Below, piece after piece: positions 13,155 through 27,462 of a stretch of DNA of 64,000 nt. Within the stretch, counting starts at the first letter, position 1. Every line of letters begins with the position of its first letter. The stretch is from Yuukianura sp. NJ FZ-2021 (lineage: Eukaryota). Location of the stretch: positions 9,858,001 through 9,922,000 of the forward strand of contig CM102285.1 in assembly GCA_046563655.1 (NCBI GenBank). Reading direction: 5' to 3'. The position numbers were made by a program, and so were the translations under genes. Below the pieces are notes generated by a model. That model saw only the letters and a list, made by a program, of their open reading frames with translations. It was not told the origin of the DNA and searched no databases.

Positions 13155-16100
13155 AGAAATCCAACTTTCAGGAAAGTTAACCTCAGTATTCGACACATCC
13201 AGATTCTACACTAACTTCAGCACGGAAATCAAAATGTGGACTCATTTTTCCCCAGCACTTCTGGATTCTAGGGATAACATTTCCCATTTCCTCTTCTATT
13301 GAAGTTATACTTTTAGTTACAAAGGATGCTAGAAATGGTGCTCCAAAGTACATTCTACGTTGGTTTTGGTACGTTCTGTGAGCTATAGACTAGTAACAGG
13401 GTCAAAGGGCACATGGAGCGGCAAACTCTAGAGGAACTATGATGACATTCTTCCTTTGAATTCATTCTCACCCTATGCCCTTTCCCATTCAATTGATTAC
13501 TTCAACCCGCAAATTGAGTCCCACTCAACTTTCTCCTTTCATTTTTAGAACAACCTAACCTTATTCCTAGTCTAACGTAGTCTTAACCTAGCCTAGTCGA
13601 AGGAACAACCACAAAAGAAAATGAGTTCTTTTCAGACATACGCGGAATCACCGACTTTTTATGACAGAAAGGAGACGCGAGAACCTGTAATTGAGATCCT
13701 ACATAAGTATCATCTCCTCATATGTCAAAATCATTCAGAAATAGTAGGGCAAAGGTCACCCCGTCTCCCGCGTCGCTCGTGTCATGAGTCAATTCAACTA
13801 CGAGAAAAAAATTCTAATCATTTTCTAGCACCAACAGTCGAGAAAGTGATGACGAAAATGAAGAAACCAATTTTCATCTAAAAATTGAACAACTGAATTT
13901 CATTTTGACAAAGCTTGAATCAAATTCAGGCTTCTGAAGATGACGGATGAGTCTCTTGAGTAAATCCAACTTTGATTTCTGAATAATAAACTTCCATTTT
14001 GGACAAATAAGAAAACCACAATTCATTTGTTTGCTCGTCCAATATTTGGTTTGTGGGAAAAGTTTTCCCTTTTTGCTAAAATTACAGGAAAATTTACATT
14101 TAAATCACCCGTCTACCATTTCTTTAACCCGTTCATTTCGTAAAGAAAACAAGAATTATTTGAGAGCTTTACAAATAAAACTCCATTTTTTCCAAAAGTT
14201 CTATAATGCTCCAGTAACTTCCACTTTTAAGGAGAAAGTCAATCACAAAAGTGAATGTTTAGAAAAGTTGTAAAGTGTTATGCATATTCAAGTTTAGAAG
14301 TTGATAAAGAAGTTTAAACGTTACGTCCCACGTCTCTCTATCATTTGTTGTATTCCAAAATGAAAAGACGCTTTTTCAAAAACTTCAAGCTAACAACATC
14401 TCCAGAATCTACCCACCTTAAAAAAATCTCTCCAAAAATCACCATTTTTGTATACCGCTTCTTCTTCTAACAAGGATACTTTAACCATCAGCAACTCTGT
14501 CTGAATTCATAAAGCTTTGCCTTGCGCAAAACATCTTCCGAAATGCGTCACATCCACTTTTTGTTATGCTAACAAACACCTAACCAAAATGCATTTTCTA
14601 GTAACACACTTTTTATTAAATATAAAAAATAATTTGAAATCATCGAATCCATAATTTCCTCGTTGCATGAATTCAGACTTTGTAGCTTCCGTTTTTATCA
14701 GATTTGGAAGTAGAGTGCACAGCCAAACTGCGATAAGTGTAAGGTAGCGTTCACATCTATAGCACTGCTACAGGATTCTATTGATTTCTTGCATAATGAC
14801 ATTTTAATTCCAATGAAACCGGACTTATGTGACCTACTTCCAGATCCATTGAATTACCTCTGCACATTAACAGTTCCTCGACTCCACTCCAGCAGTAGGT
14901 TTCTTAGTTTATGGATTATGGTTAATACTAAAAACCTAAACAATAGCTCCTTTCACCAGGAGAAAGCATGAAGGTTTTTGTATTTCGATGAAAATTGAAC
15001 TTTTGTGTTGAGAAGAAAGTGCTTTTTCTTTGTTCCCTGCTCCTATTTTCCTTCTAACATGTGAAATCAAAAGCTATAATTTTGTTGAAAGTAGTAATCA
15101 AGCAATACAAGGCAAAAATAGAACTATGTGTAGGTGTAATTATTTTTAAAGAGAAAGTCCGCCTATATTAAATTACATAGAATACGAACCGCTTTGGACA
15201 ATTAAGTCTAGAAATATTTCAACTTTAAGATCCAATAAATCCTTAAAATGGGATTTAGGTTTACCCTAACCCCACATTACACATAAATTATTACAAAAAC
15301 ATTAGGTTCTCGAGGGAAAAGATGCAAGCAATTACATCCAAGTAATTGAACAGCAATACCTACAGTAAACTAAAAATAAAATTCGGATTATATAGTTTTT
15401 CAAAAGCAAACACAAAAGCTGCGTTGTTTGCAAATGTCGAAACTTCTGAAGAACAGCACAAAGTGAAGAAATAAAACATAATGAAAACGCGCAAGCTTTT
15501 GCGGTTTCTTCTTTAAGCATTTGGTTTCGAAACATTGAGAAATTGGAAATTACAAAACCAAAAGCGACCCAAGAAATAAATCAAGAGAAAGCTGATCTTA
15601 AGCACATCTTGATTTTGTAATTTATTCCTCCCGAGCCGTAACTTATTTTATATTCAAATTTACCTTCGCCTTGTTCTCAGGTAGGTTTAAGTCCTAGAGC
15701 AGTGCTTTCTCCGTCACTTTCTTCTTATGCCAAAGCCTTAACAGGAGCGATAGAGTCGTCCTCCTAAAGTCTCAGAATCCAATTTCCCCTTGTCTCTCAA
15801 TTGATCCTACAGCACATTTTTAGGTTACGGGTTTTTCCAAGAGCCACAAAAGTGCTCTCTGTCCTTCGTCTCCAATGGCACTGACTACCAAATAAATCTA
15901 AGCAAATTCCCTATTCCACTTTCCCCGCGAAACAGGAACACCCACACACATGGACAACTTGCTTTCCCCTTATCTCGGCTCTACAGTCACCGCAGACTCC
16001 CCGATGTAGAGAAAACTACTGAATTTCGAAATGCACGCTCTTCACACGGTTCAAGTCGCCGTGGTTTTCCCACGTTCGAAAATGCTGGTAAATGCTGTTG

Positions 16101-19100
16101 TCACTGGAGCCACAGGTTTCTTCCTCCCTTTGACTCGTTTCGCTTAACAAATGCGTAATTTTTCAGGAGTTTAATTTAGGAGAAAGTTTAAAAAAGTTGA
16201 AACCAGACCAGTCAATGCACGTAACGAGTCAAGCTTAAATGCTTTGTGATGTTTTCGAAGTTCGGACAAATGCAAAACTCCGTTGACAAAAGTTACTTTC
16301 TCTGAGTCACGACAATTTCAAACTTCAAAAGAGAAGCCTGTCCAATACGGGTCGTCGTAAAGTGAAAGTTTTCGCGTTCTGGAACTGGTGCTGCTTAATT
16401 TGTGTTTGAGCACAAGCAGTTTCTGCCAAACCTTAGCCTAGATGTATACTTTTAAGTTAGGTTGCTACAGTTCACCAAGAAGTCGAGCCGTCGACTAAGT
16501 TTTGTTGGCAGAAGCGAGTCGCAGCACCAGTGACCGTGCAAAATTGAGGTTTACAATTTCAAATATGAACTCTCGCTACTTTGCCACAAGCACTCCCACT
16601 TTCCTTTTAGCAAATGAGTATCCCCTTTCACTCACACGCACACTCAACTGGAGAGAAGTCTATTTACTCTTGTACGGTGTGGAAAGTTAGACTTTTAGTG
16701 GACTGACAGGCGGATATGGAAACCCACTTACAATGAATACCAAAAAGAGATCAATTTAAAATCAAGACAGTTGGTGGTTAGGTAATTCTCAGCGGAGTTG
16801 GTCGTTATCCAGCCGAAAACAGAGTGTAGTTGATGCGTCCGAGTCAAAATCGAAAGTGAAGAAGAGACTCTTCGCTTACGTATTCTTCCAAGGTTTCGTC
16901 TTTCGGTGGAAACGGGAGGTAGGAGCAAGGGAGCCTCCCCTTGCCGCACTAAAAGGCAGAAGACTCGGAGTCGTATTGGTGAAGTGCTTTCTCTAATAGT
17001 GCTTCTTGAGCCAAAGCAACCTCACCTAACCCACCTTACGAAAGAGTAGGATCCCAAATGAGAACGGTCGAACAAACAGCACTACCCCTAAGTTAAACTT
17101 GGATCAGAGAGAAAACATATCCTAACTTAAGGGAAGAAGCGCAATTGAAAGCGGACAAAATCCGGCAGAAGATGCTGGGGAGATGCAACAGACAGGATTG
17201 GGAGAAAGGCTGGAAGAAGCTCTCGTCTCATCCAATTATTCACCTGGAGTCCCTCTCATCTCGACGGAATTTAAATTCCTCTGCACGTTAATCCTCATAT
17301 TTCAATTTAAATTTTTAACAAAATTAGAAAACAACAATTTAATTTCGGGATAGAAACCAACAAACCGCATGCTGATCCCGGTTTCATCCACTTTCTCTGC
17401 TCTCTGGATTCTCGTCCTTTTTCAGTTAACTAAAGTTAACAAGATCCTAACTCGACCAAAAACTAAGCTTCCCAAAATTAAATTTTAACCATGTGTATTA
17501 AATTTTACGAAGTTAATAAAACTTCAAATCATAAAATTAAAGCAAAAGTAAATAAACTAGATTACAAATCTACGGAAAAAATAGCTTAAAAAGAAAACAG
17601 TTTTTAAAAAAACCCAAAATCCAACTGACTTTGCACGGCTTTAACTAAAAGTTTGCATGTGAAATAAAGACTGACTTTCTCTAGTTTTAGTTTTAGTTAC
17701 GTAGTGTCAAATCTTGTTCGATTTGATTCGAATTTTGTTCGTATTAGTAAACATATTGGCCATATATGGAAAGCAAACCAAAGTGACTCCTAAGTCCAAA
17801 TTCCAATCCCAGAAAATTAAATTTAAAAGTCCAGAAGATGTGGGCTGCTGACATTCTACTTTCACCCAAATGAGATTTTTAGGAATTTTACTAAAAGTCC
17901 AAAGTCAAAGTGGAATGCAATCTTTGGAAGTTGTTTGCTACTGCTTTCTCCTTAGTACAGAGAAAGTCGATGGCTAACGGCGTCAGTCTAGATGCATGTT
18001 TCCAAACTGAGTATCACAATTTGATTTCAATTCACTTTCTGTTCCAACACAAACTTAGCGAACGTGGAGTCCAGCCTTTGCCTTACCAACTGTAATCACC
18101 TAATTAATTGCTTTCTAGAATAATAAATTGGAGAAAAAAGGCGGAGAGTGAACGCATTCTGCTAAATCACGTTAGCCAAATGTTGGACAAATCTTAAATC
18201 TTTCCACCTAGTGGACCAAATAGTAAGAGACAAACATTGTTAGGTTATGCTTCATTGCTGGAGACTTAACAAAGAACTACAGATAGCCGCAGTACACCAC
18301 AAGAACTAGAGTACGACAGAACTTTTCTTTTGAAAAAAGATTAGAAAAGAAAGGTTTCAGGTGAAAGTTTTTATAAGAGAAATGATAACTTGTAATTTGA
18401 AAGTTCGTTCCAGACAACACGCCTATAAAAACAAAAAAGAAACTTCCTGCGCAATGACCGTTTCCCACAGGTACGGACTTCCTGCTGAGGTTTTCGTTTT
18501 CCTCTCAAAAACAAATTGTCTCTAAACATTTTTTTAACGACGACATTTCCAAGTTATGTCGTAGAACTGAACCAGGCAAAGAAAAACGTCTCAAATTCAG
18601 AGCCTACCAGTGACTGTACACCAGCTAGAATAACATAAACTACCATCAATGCTTCCATGTGAGATCAGCAAAACCTAACTTAAAACTTACCAATACTGTC
18701 AAAAACTAACTTTTCACCTGAATCTAGTGCATTAGAGTTAAATTTATGCTTCATGCGCAAAATAACTTTGGTTGTATCCAAATTCCAAAAGAGAAAGTCT
18801 TCGTTCTACCACACTCAAAACTTTGAGGTCCCTCCATCGTACACGTTTGTCATCAAAACGGGACCTCGAGGCTTGGATCAATCGGATCCCCTGAGCGCAT
18901 GTTCTGAAACAACGCAAAAATCAGAAAAGGGGATGCTTTCACTTCGGAACAACCGCTACATCTTCCTGCCAAAGTGAAAGTACGAGGTTTCCGAAACCAT
19001 GGAGTTTCAGTTTGATGAAGCCAGACGGCGTCCGGGACACTTTCTCCTCCCGAATACCAAATAAACCAACTTTCTCAAGAAAACGAAGAAAATACCTAAC

Positions 19101-20639
19101 TCAAACCTTCTCCAATCAACTGCTTCAACCTAGCGTAAACGAAAAGCACTGCTTTCATGTTGAAGTGATACGATTTCCTCACACTTTCTTCCGCTTGGGA
19201 ACACCAGACGAAGATATGTAGTAGTACTATGCAACTCATCCAGGAGGGAGAAACTGCTTTCCCTGATCAATGTGAGATCCGAATCCCAAATCCTCCTATT
19301 TTTCAATTCCCATAAGACCAGGCATCCCAACTGCCGTTTTTTCCTTCTGTTTTCTGTGGAAGATTGAAGAAGATAAAAGGAGACACAAAATAAGAAAACA
19401 AGAACTCTGTCGCTTTTCATCTTTTATGAGGTGATAGACAGTAGAAGAAGCCCAAGTAAAGAACAGCAGAAAAAGGTTGCCCCAGACCAGATAAAATGTG
19501 TAGCAACAAACCAGAAGTGTTTTCACACAACTTTATCTTTGATCATCCCAGCGGTAACAAAATAATAAACACTTTGCTTTCACTCCTGACTTCATCCTGT
19601 CATGTTCTGCCCAATTATGATTTACCAATAACTTCTTTTCATGGCAAAGATTTGCCTCTTTTCTTGTTCAGTTTTTTGGAAGTAAATTCGAAACCTAGTC
19701 TTTCATCATAGCCCTTGTTACAATATCCTTGGCTACCTCCAAATGCCATTTCAATCACGAAGAGCAGTGAAACAAATCACCCCCAAGGTTAACGTCAAAA
19801 GGAAATTGACCGATTGCCTCCAAAGCTAAAGGAGAAAATCGAGTCGTTTGCAATTTTAGATTCTTCGTTGGAAAGTGGAAACTAAAGCAACAGCAGAGAT
19901 TTACCTTGGCAACGCCTCTTTTCTCAGCAAACTAAAAGGCATATCGTCTTTCACCACTTTCACTGGTACATAGTAGTGTATTGACAGAATAGTCCTTGGA
20001 AACATGAAACAACAAATCCTGGAGGAAAATACCTTAGTAAAAAAAAGTGCCTAGGGAAACTGGTCGGACGATAAATTCAAAAAGAAAGTTTTCCTTGCGT
20101 TCCCGCCCTCTCCCTTTTAGCGTTTCCTTTCATCGAAATTAATTCAAAAGTTTCCCAGACTTTCTCTCCAAAGGAAACCCATCAATAATTCACTGACATG
20201 AGTTTTAGCTTTTGAAGTGCATTAAACTCCTTGTAAGAAAGTAACCTTACATAGTAAGAGAACTAAAGACCAAGTCAAGGAGATACATTTTTAATGTATA
20301 ACTTTTCACCTAAAAAAAGAGAATTGAAGAGGAGTATTTCCCAAACTACTTTGTCTTATTCTCACGAAAAGCAAAAGAAAAGTGTCTAAGTCCTTGGAAA
20401 TTGTTAGAAGATTAGAAGTGATCATTAGTACAGAGGAGAAAGCAGAAAAAAATTTAGTAGAGAAAATAATTTTTCCTCATTCTTACATGGTAGTCATCTG
20501 TTCTTTTCTCAATTGCAAACAAGCATGTCAACCTTCGTGTATCCAAAAATAACCCCTAATGATTTTTAAAATAACGTTACCATACACAGCTACTCCGAGT
20601 TTCGATTTCCGAAAAATCGGATTTCAAAATTCGTAAACG

Positions 20640-20800
20640 AGGTTTATAAAGTAGAGAAAGCTAGTTTATGCATTGACCTTGTTTGTCCGTCTGCCTGTCT
20701 GATCATATCCGCCGGCGGCATTTAATTCTGAAACGGTTGGTCAAAGGTCAATGCATCTTTCGCTACTTATTTTTCATTCTGGGTTAACCGATTTACTCTT
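20640..20800. mobile_element. Possible degenerate non-autonomous element (HINE/DINE-1-like Helentron remnant)
   Basis: A 13-bp inverted repeat (atgcattgacctt 20668-20680 / aaggtcaatgcat 20744-20756) encloses a GTCY-type microsatellite (gtttgtccgtctgcctgtctg) and a 10-bp palindrome ccgccggcgg (20709-20718). No coding remnant; boundaries uncertain. Confidence 0.35.
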
Positions 20801-23800
20801 TCCTCCTTTTCGATCAATCACCAACACCTATTTGCCAACAGATTTCAGTTATGTGCAAAAACGTAGTTTCCGCTTCAGTTTCCCGGAAAGTGTTGATGGT
20901 TTTGTAGTAGTTTGACACAAAATGAATTAACCTCGCTTGTAGTAGGCGGATAGCTAGAAAATGCTCTTCCTGTTTCTACCTCGCCGCTTCTCTCGACAAA
21001 TGAGACCAAGTGAGTAGGGACACAAGAACAATAATTAATTACTTTTGTCTTTTGTTCCAGAAAAGCATATTCCCAAACAATTAATAGCACTTGAGATACT
21101 TCCCTTTGAAGTGGGCATAAGAGCATTGTTCATTCTACCTCAAAACTCGGTTACATTCAACTTGTAATTACTCACTTCAACCACTTTCTCCTTGCATCCC
21201 AGTCTAGATTTCCAATCCGATTCGACTACACTTTACTGTGAGAATTTTATTGTGTCCCACGAGACGTAAAAAGCTCAATCCATCCTTGTTTGGCTCAGGG
21301 CCAGAAACCAGAACACGGGCACAAGGAACCGTTGAATTTCTCGTAAAAAAGAAAGTTTACCCTGGAAAGATCGATTTCTCCCATACGATGTCCCCATATG
21401 ATTACAATTATCCTCCCTGACAGCTAATCATAAACGTTCACAAAAAAGAGGACTTGACAGCAGCAAGAAGTTCTCGTTTTCAATCTTTTGTATAACAGAT
21501 TTAGCCCGGAGGGCGGCCAAAGAGAAAAAGAGAGAGAGAGAGATGTTGAACTTTCCACATCCAGGCAAAGTCAGGAAAAATCAACAGCCAGCATCATCAC
21601 CTAGAGTACTACTAAACTCAGCCCTTATTTTCCCTCTAGACGAATTCAAAATTTTAACGTGAGAGAAACTCAAATTTACCAGGCTGTACTGTAACAGTGG
21701 CGTACGGTTCATATCCTGATTCCATTGTCAAATCAAATTAAATCCTCCAACTTGCTCTTCCCATATTGATCCACACAGTACGGTTCCCAGGTCGTGCCAA
21801 AAAATAGAGAGAAAGCATAGGGGCCCAGCAGACGAACAAGGAAAAGGAAAACGTAAAGGGAAATTAACCTTCCTTTGGGGATTTGCACGTTTTCGTACAA
21901 AAGGAAAAGCTACAGCAGGAAAAAACGGAGAAGAAAGTTCGATAATAATAAGAAAAGAAAGTCCCCAAGCTCCTCCTCGAGCTTGTCCCAGATAACTGCT
22001 CAACTTCTTCCAGAAAGCAGAACTAGCAGGGAGTACTACTGCCAGAGCACGCAGCATGTACCGAGAAAACAAAGTTAGAGAAAAACAGAAAGTGAATAGA
22101 AAGTTACAGTATCGAATAGAATATGCTTTCGCTTTCCCACTTTATTTTCATAGTGTGTGTACTTTCTCCCGCCAAGCAAAAGCAAGAGAAAGTGCTCTTG
22201 AGTAAAAGCAAACTTTACTGAAGAAATGTAACCGTTTTGATGTTAAAAGTGGTTTTGAAAAGCTAAAAACATGAAAGTTATTCTGCAAAATAATAATCCC
22301 GAACTTTGAAAACCAAACATCTTCGTTAGTCATTTTCAATTTTACTTTCACTTTTTTTTTGCCAAACCGCAATCTGTTGAAAACAACAAATTCAAATCAT
22401 GTCAGCCTCTTTTCAAAACACTTTTCAATTTCTAAAACTTGAAAACAGGAGCATCAGCAGAACAGACTCTCAGCTCAAAATGAATTCTTGAAAACTTGTC
22501 GTGTTTCATATGTCAGAGACTGACTTAGCGTCCAAACCATTCAAAAAGTTGAGACTTTCTAGGCAGAGAGAAAGTTGGAAAGTGAAGGCACTGGGGAAAT
22601 GAAATCAGTTTTCTCTGAAGTTTACTAGTAACTCTGCAAAAAAGCAAAATCTTGAACATTTCCTGTCCTAAGTCTTGAATTCTCATTTCTTTGTTCGAAA
22701 TCTCGTGGTGTCACGGAGAAAGTTCTGCAAAAGTTCAATTAGCATAAATTGCGAAAAACAGTTTTTTGCCTAGAGGAGACGAAGAACTAAGCACCCATAA
22801 CTGTCGTTGATTTGTTTTGTTCTGCCTCAAGAGAATAGTACTTAAGGAAGATTCAAGAGAACCGCAATAGCTTAAGTCCTAAATTTTACTTATTCTGCCT
22901 CAGTTCAAAGCTTTTTTCTGTGTAGTAGTTGCCAAGCAGCGTTAACTTTGAATTATTTCCAGCAATTTCAAAGGAAGTACCTCCTACTTCCGTCAAAGCT
23001 TAGTCTTTTGGTGAATCGATTTTCGTTTCTCAGAAATCACCTTAAACTTATTTCAGAAAACAAAATTCAGGCAGTGAATTCCATATTAAAACTAACGGAA
23101 AAGAAAAGTTGTTTTCCGGAACTGAAATGTTTTGCTGGAAATTTTTTGCACATTACGTACTAAACAGTTTATTAAATCCACAAATCACTTCCAGCATCTG
23201 CCGAAAAGATTTGCTTCTTTTAAATTTGTCAAGGTGAACTTGAAAATTTAAGTCTAAAAAACAGATTTAACCTTGAACGCAGCAGATCCTCACACAGGTC
23301 CGATGAACTTTTAAGATATTTTGTTAAAATTTCATTTTAGACACAAGAATTTCTTTGACCACAAAAGGAATTGTTCACGGTTCGTCCATTCTTTTCAACC
23401 AAAAAAAGTAAATAGCTTTCTGCTTTCTCTTTCTCTCTCTTTTAAAACTTGACAAGTGGACACCGATCTGTTCTTAAGCTCTTCTGACTCAATTCACGGA
23501 CGTGTGTCTCCTTGGACCTACATTTTCAGCACAAAAATACTCTTTGAAGTGCTTTGTGTTGTTATCAAATGAAAAAATAGTGGACAATCCGCTACTTTTT
23601 TCTTTAAATCTATTTTGACAACTCAAAGTAAGACAGAGTGCGACTCATCTTACGGCATTTTTGTGGTTTTCTTTTTTCTAAAAACTAGACCTCTAGAATA
23701 AGATTGACATGAGCAGCGTATTTTAAACTACAGGTCAAAGGATTATAAGTTAATAGCAAATCCCTTATTCTATCAACCAGGAAAAAAGTTGGCAATGCGA

Positions 23801-26800
23801 AGCAATGGAAATTCTATTATCGATATAGAATGAAGCTGAAACTGTTAATAGGCATGTGGGAAGATGATTAACTAGAAATTGAATTGATAACTTACCTTGA
23901 GAAGTCCATGCTGAGTTGTCGCTACGCTTCAAATTTTGATCCAAGGATGAAGAAGATGAAATCACTGTTGTATGGTTGATTGACCTTCGTTATTGTTAAT
24001 TATTAGCAGATTTCGATCTGTCATTGACTCACTTTATACTTGGATTCACTTGAAAATCACAGAAACGTTAACCCTGAAGTTCCAATTTGCCGTTAATGTT
24101 GCACAACGGTGCTATAAAAATCAATTTGCCAAATGCTGCTAAGATTCCCGGACGAAATGCTTATTGTTAGTAAATTAGTAATTATTGTTATTTAGTCATG
24201 TTACATATTGTGGCTATGTACTAGTTAGGAAAAGCATAAGTGCTTAATCAATTCAGGGTTGGCACAAGGTCAAAACGGTGATTCTACCCTGTAATTACTC
24301 AAAACGAAAATGTTCAACAGAAAAGGGAACATGGTTTCTAAAAAGTCTGTGCTAAAAAGTGAATTCTTGAAAGTCCGTGTTGAAAAGCGAATTCTAACTT
24401 TTGATAAAAATATTGATCCAGAGTACTCTAAGTGTTTCAGTGGCTAAAATCTTAAATTCTTGTAATATCTATTCCGTTCTACAGTAAACGCCGTTAATCT
24501 GAGGATCCTATCCATGATTGATTTGGTCGAAAAATTCAACCTAACAATTTTTCGGAAGTGGTTTGACACGGGCATTTACTATCACGGATCTTGTCGCTGG
24601 CGTTGATCGTTACCATTTCCGCAATGTGTCAATTGTTCAGTATACTTCCTTTTCCTTGCTTGTCAACAACAACAAAAATTGATGAAGAAATTAATTGAAT
24701 CTTTCTTTCTGACGCCAATTACATTCTATTGTCTACTTTTTGTTTAGTACATATTGTTAAATTCCAGAACAGTGCGTTGAGCTTACGATAAAACCAACAT
24801 TAGGCCTCGTCTGAATAATTATTCCAAATATACTTGACTTTTACCGTGTTAACCTTATCGTTCATGTCAAGTACTACCAGGGTTCAGAGTTAGTAAATTA
24901 AACCTGTTACTATTAAAATAGGGAAACTGATGAAAATTCTAAAGATAGTAACTTGCATTGGGAATGAACATGTATAAAACATATCAACAGTCAATGACAC
25001 TTCATTGGGAAACTTACGGACGTGTAAATTCTGTCACTGATAAGAAGGCTCCAGAAGAAGTTGACTTATGAATTATGTAGCACTTCATAGGAATTTAGCG
25101 AATAAAAGTACTTACCTGTTATCTTCACACTTCGCCGAACAGCTTGAATGGTCTACCTGTCAATTACCGTTTGTTGACGATTGGCGACAGTCTGTAAGAT
25201 GCGTCTTCTTCCCGAAATAGCTTGAATTCAATAAAGTCAAAGGTCAGTGACACGAATAACTCGACAGGTCAAACTTTGAACTGCAAAGATCCAGTTTTTT
25301 AGTCTTCCGGAAAAACAATAAGGTTCCCCGTTCCTTGAGTCCTTTGATACTGAACAGGCACAGATTGTTGATTAATTAATAGTTTCCTTGTTCCCACCTT
25401 TTCACTAATTAGTTTTTGCAAAGTCAATAACCCTGTTGACACTTCAGTTTTCACACCTCTGCGAAATCATATGTTTCTCCAAAAAAGTAGACTGATTTCC
25501 ATTCCAGAAGTTCTCCGGATGAATGAGATACAAAGTTACCGGAATTCTCTCTCTTTCTCTACAAGTCTTAAGATTCACTTTCAACGAAGCTACTGTGTGG
25601 TTCTTATGGGCAATAACTTTTTTGCAACAATTTTTGTAAAAACTTTCACTTTTTAGGACTGTAAAGATCAAAATTGACAAATGTGAAGACACGGTTCTTG
25701 TCAGTAAAAGAAGAGCAGCGGAGGGAAAATGTGCAAAAACAAACACGAGCAGATATTTTATACCGCAAATCCGCGTTTGGATTTTTTCTTCCTTGCAAAA
25801 AGGAGGAGCTGCGCTTAAGGTTTGCCAAAGTTTTTGCAGCAGATGAGCAGTAGAAGAAAAAAAGACTGCGGGACTCTGGAACTTACACTAAAATTGCAAC
25901 AGCCACAACCACTTAAGAATGGTTTCTAGAAACAGTGAAAGCAGCAATAGTGCTGTCTGGACTTGGGAAAAGTCGCAGTCGCAAAGGACAGATCCAAATG
26001 GACTCACCAATCTTCATTGTCCGAAATGATCTTGGATACAATAATGTTACCGCGGGGAATGAATTCTCCATCAACTTTAGCAGCTAATGAATTGTGCAAA
26101 AACGGGAGAGGCGGGCAAGGGCGCCGTGGATAGCCCTTATTGACAATTTTTGGAGAACTGGAGAAAAATATAACTTGGCTAAAACCATAATGGGAATGAC
26201 ACACTACTGAATTTTTAAATAAGCAAAACTTCAGGAGCATTTTTCAGAGTTTTTTTTATCTAAAAGCAGCTACGCTTCACTAGTATTTATTGACACGCAA
26301 ACATTGACAAAGTGAAAGTTTGAACACAAAACGTGCAGAAATTTTAATGGAAATTATTATTATTAGATTCAAACTATTTTCCAGCACTTAGACGGGGTTT
26401 TTCTTGTAAGTTAAAACCGCTTCAACTTAACTCCATTAAGTTCATGTTATAATATTGCGCTTTCATGAAGAAGGCGAGATCATAGTTGTTACTGAAGGTG
26501 TAAAATTTAGTGTTGATTCAAACACTTGTACAAAACGATAAACACATGTAGAGAGTAATAAAAATTTTGGTACACATTTCAGATTTTGAATTGCGACTTA
26601 TACTGTAGCTGGTCCAAATCGAAAAGTGTCGTCATCCGTAGTTGAAAAAAATGAAGTAAATTGAAGTTTGTTTGAAGAAGAAGAGCGTTTCTTATTTGCA
26701 CAAAAAATCGTGAAAAATTGATCACAAGAGAATGTAATGAAAACGTTTTTCAACTGAACGAAGCAAGGGAAAGTTGAATAGAAATAATAGAGCTTTCTCT

Positions 26801-27462
26801 TAATTAAGTTAATTAAGTTTCGAAAAACAAAAAGCAAAAACAGGAAATTGCGTTTTTCAGAAACGATCCTAGAAGCGTACCGCAATTTTTCCAAATGAAT
26901 TTTTCAAATGAGCAGGAACGCGTCCAATTTTTAATTTCTTTTCTCGCAATAGCGTTTTAGTAAAAGTTCGGGAGTTAGTAACTCATAGGTGGAATACACA
27001 TAATGCGCTTCTTCTTTAAAAATTGAATTGAAAAATGGTCTGACAAAAGACAAAGGTCAGACCATTGTGTACATTATGATTATGTACATAAGAAATGTGT
27101 CAAGCATGTCCAGGATAAAAGGTCAACATCATGCCGAACTCTGGCTTTTATTTGGATAGACTTTTACTGCTAAAATTTTTACAAACAAGCTCACATTCAG
27201 GTTAGACTTGCAACCTACAATCTTACAATAGGAATTGAGATACGTTTTGTTGGAAGCATGTTTTGGGACGACTCTTTAGGTAAGAAATACAATGGTTTTG
27301 GAAAAGGTTTCCTACAAGAATACTGATTTTATATACGATCAATACTTGGCAATGATTTGACACGTTGGAGAACGTTTAGTGGGTTACTCTGGAATAACTA
27401 ACGACAGCTTCCGAATTCAACCTCTGTAAGCTGCGGAATGATCCATTCTTAGGATCCATCCA

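Noticed and set aside
24342..24395. 28-bp direct repeat (2 copies), plus GA microsatellites at ~5388 and ~21527 and a 14-bp palindrome at 10412-10425
   Set aside because: Ordinary local slippage or chance-level features with no supporting context.
10000..27300. Numerous 60-116 aa ORFs in the supplied track
   Set aside because: They have Phe/Lys/Leu/Ser-rich composition typical of random AT-rich frames, often non-ATG starts, and no recognisable domains or consistent exon chains.
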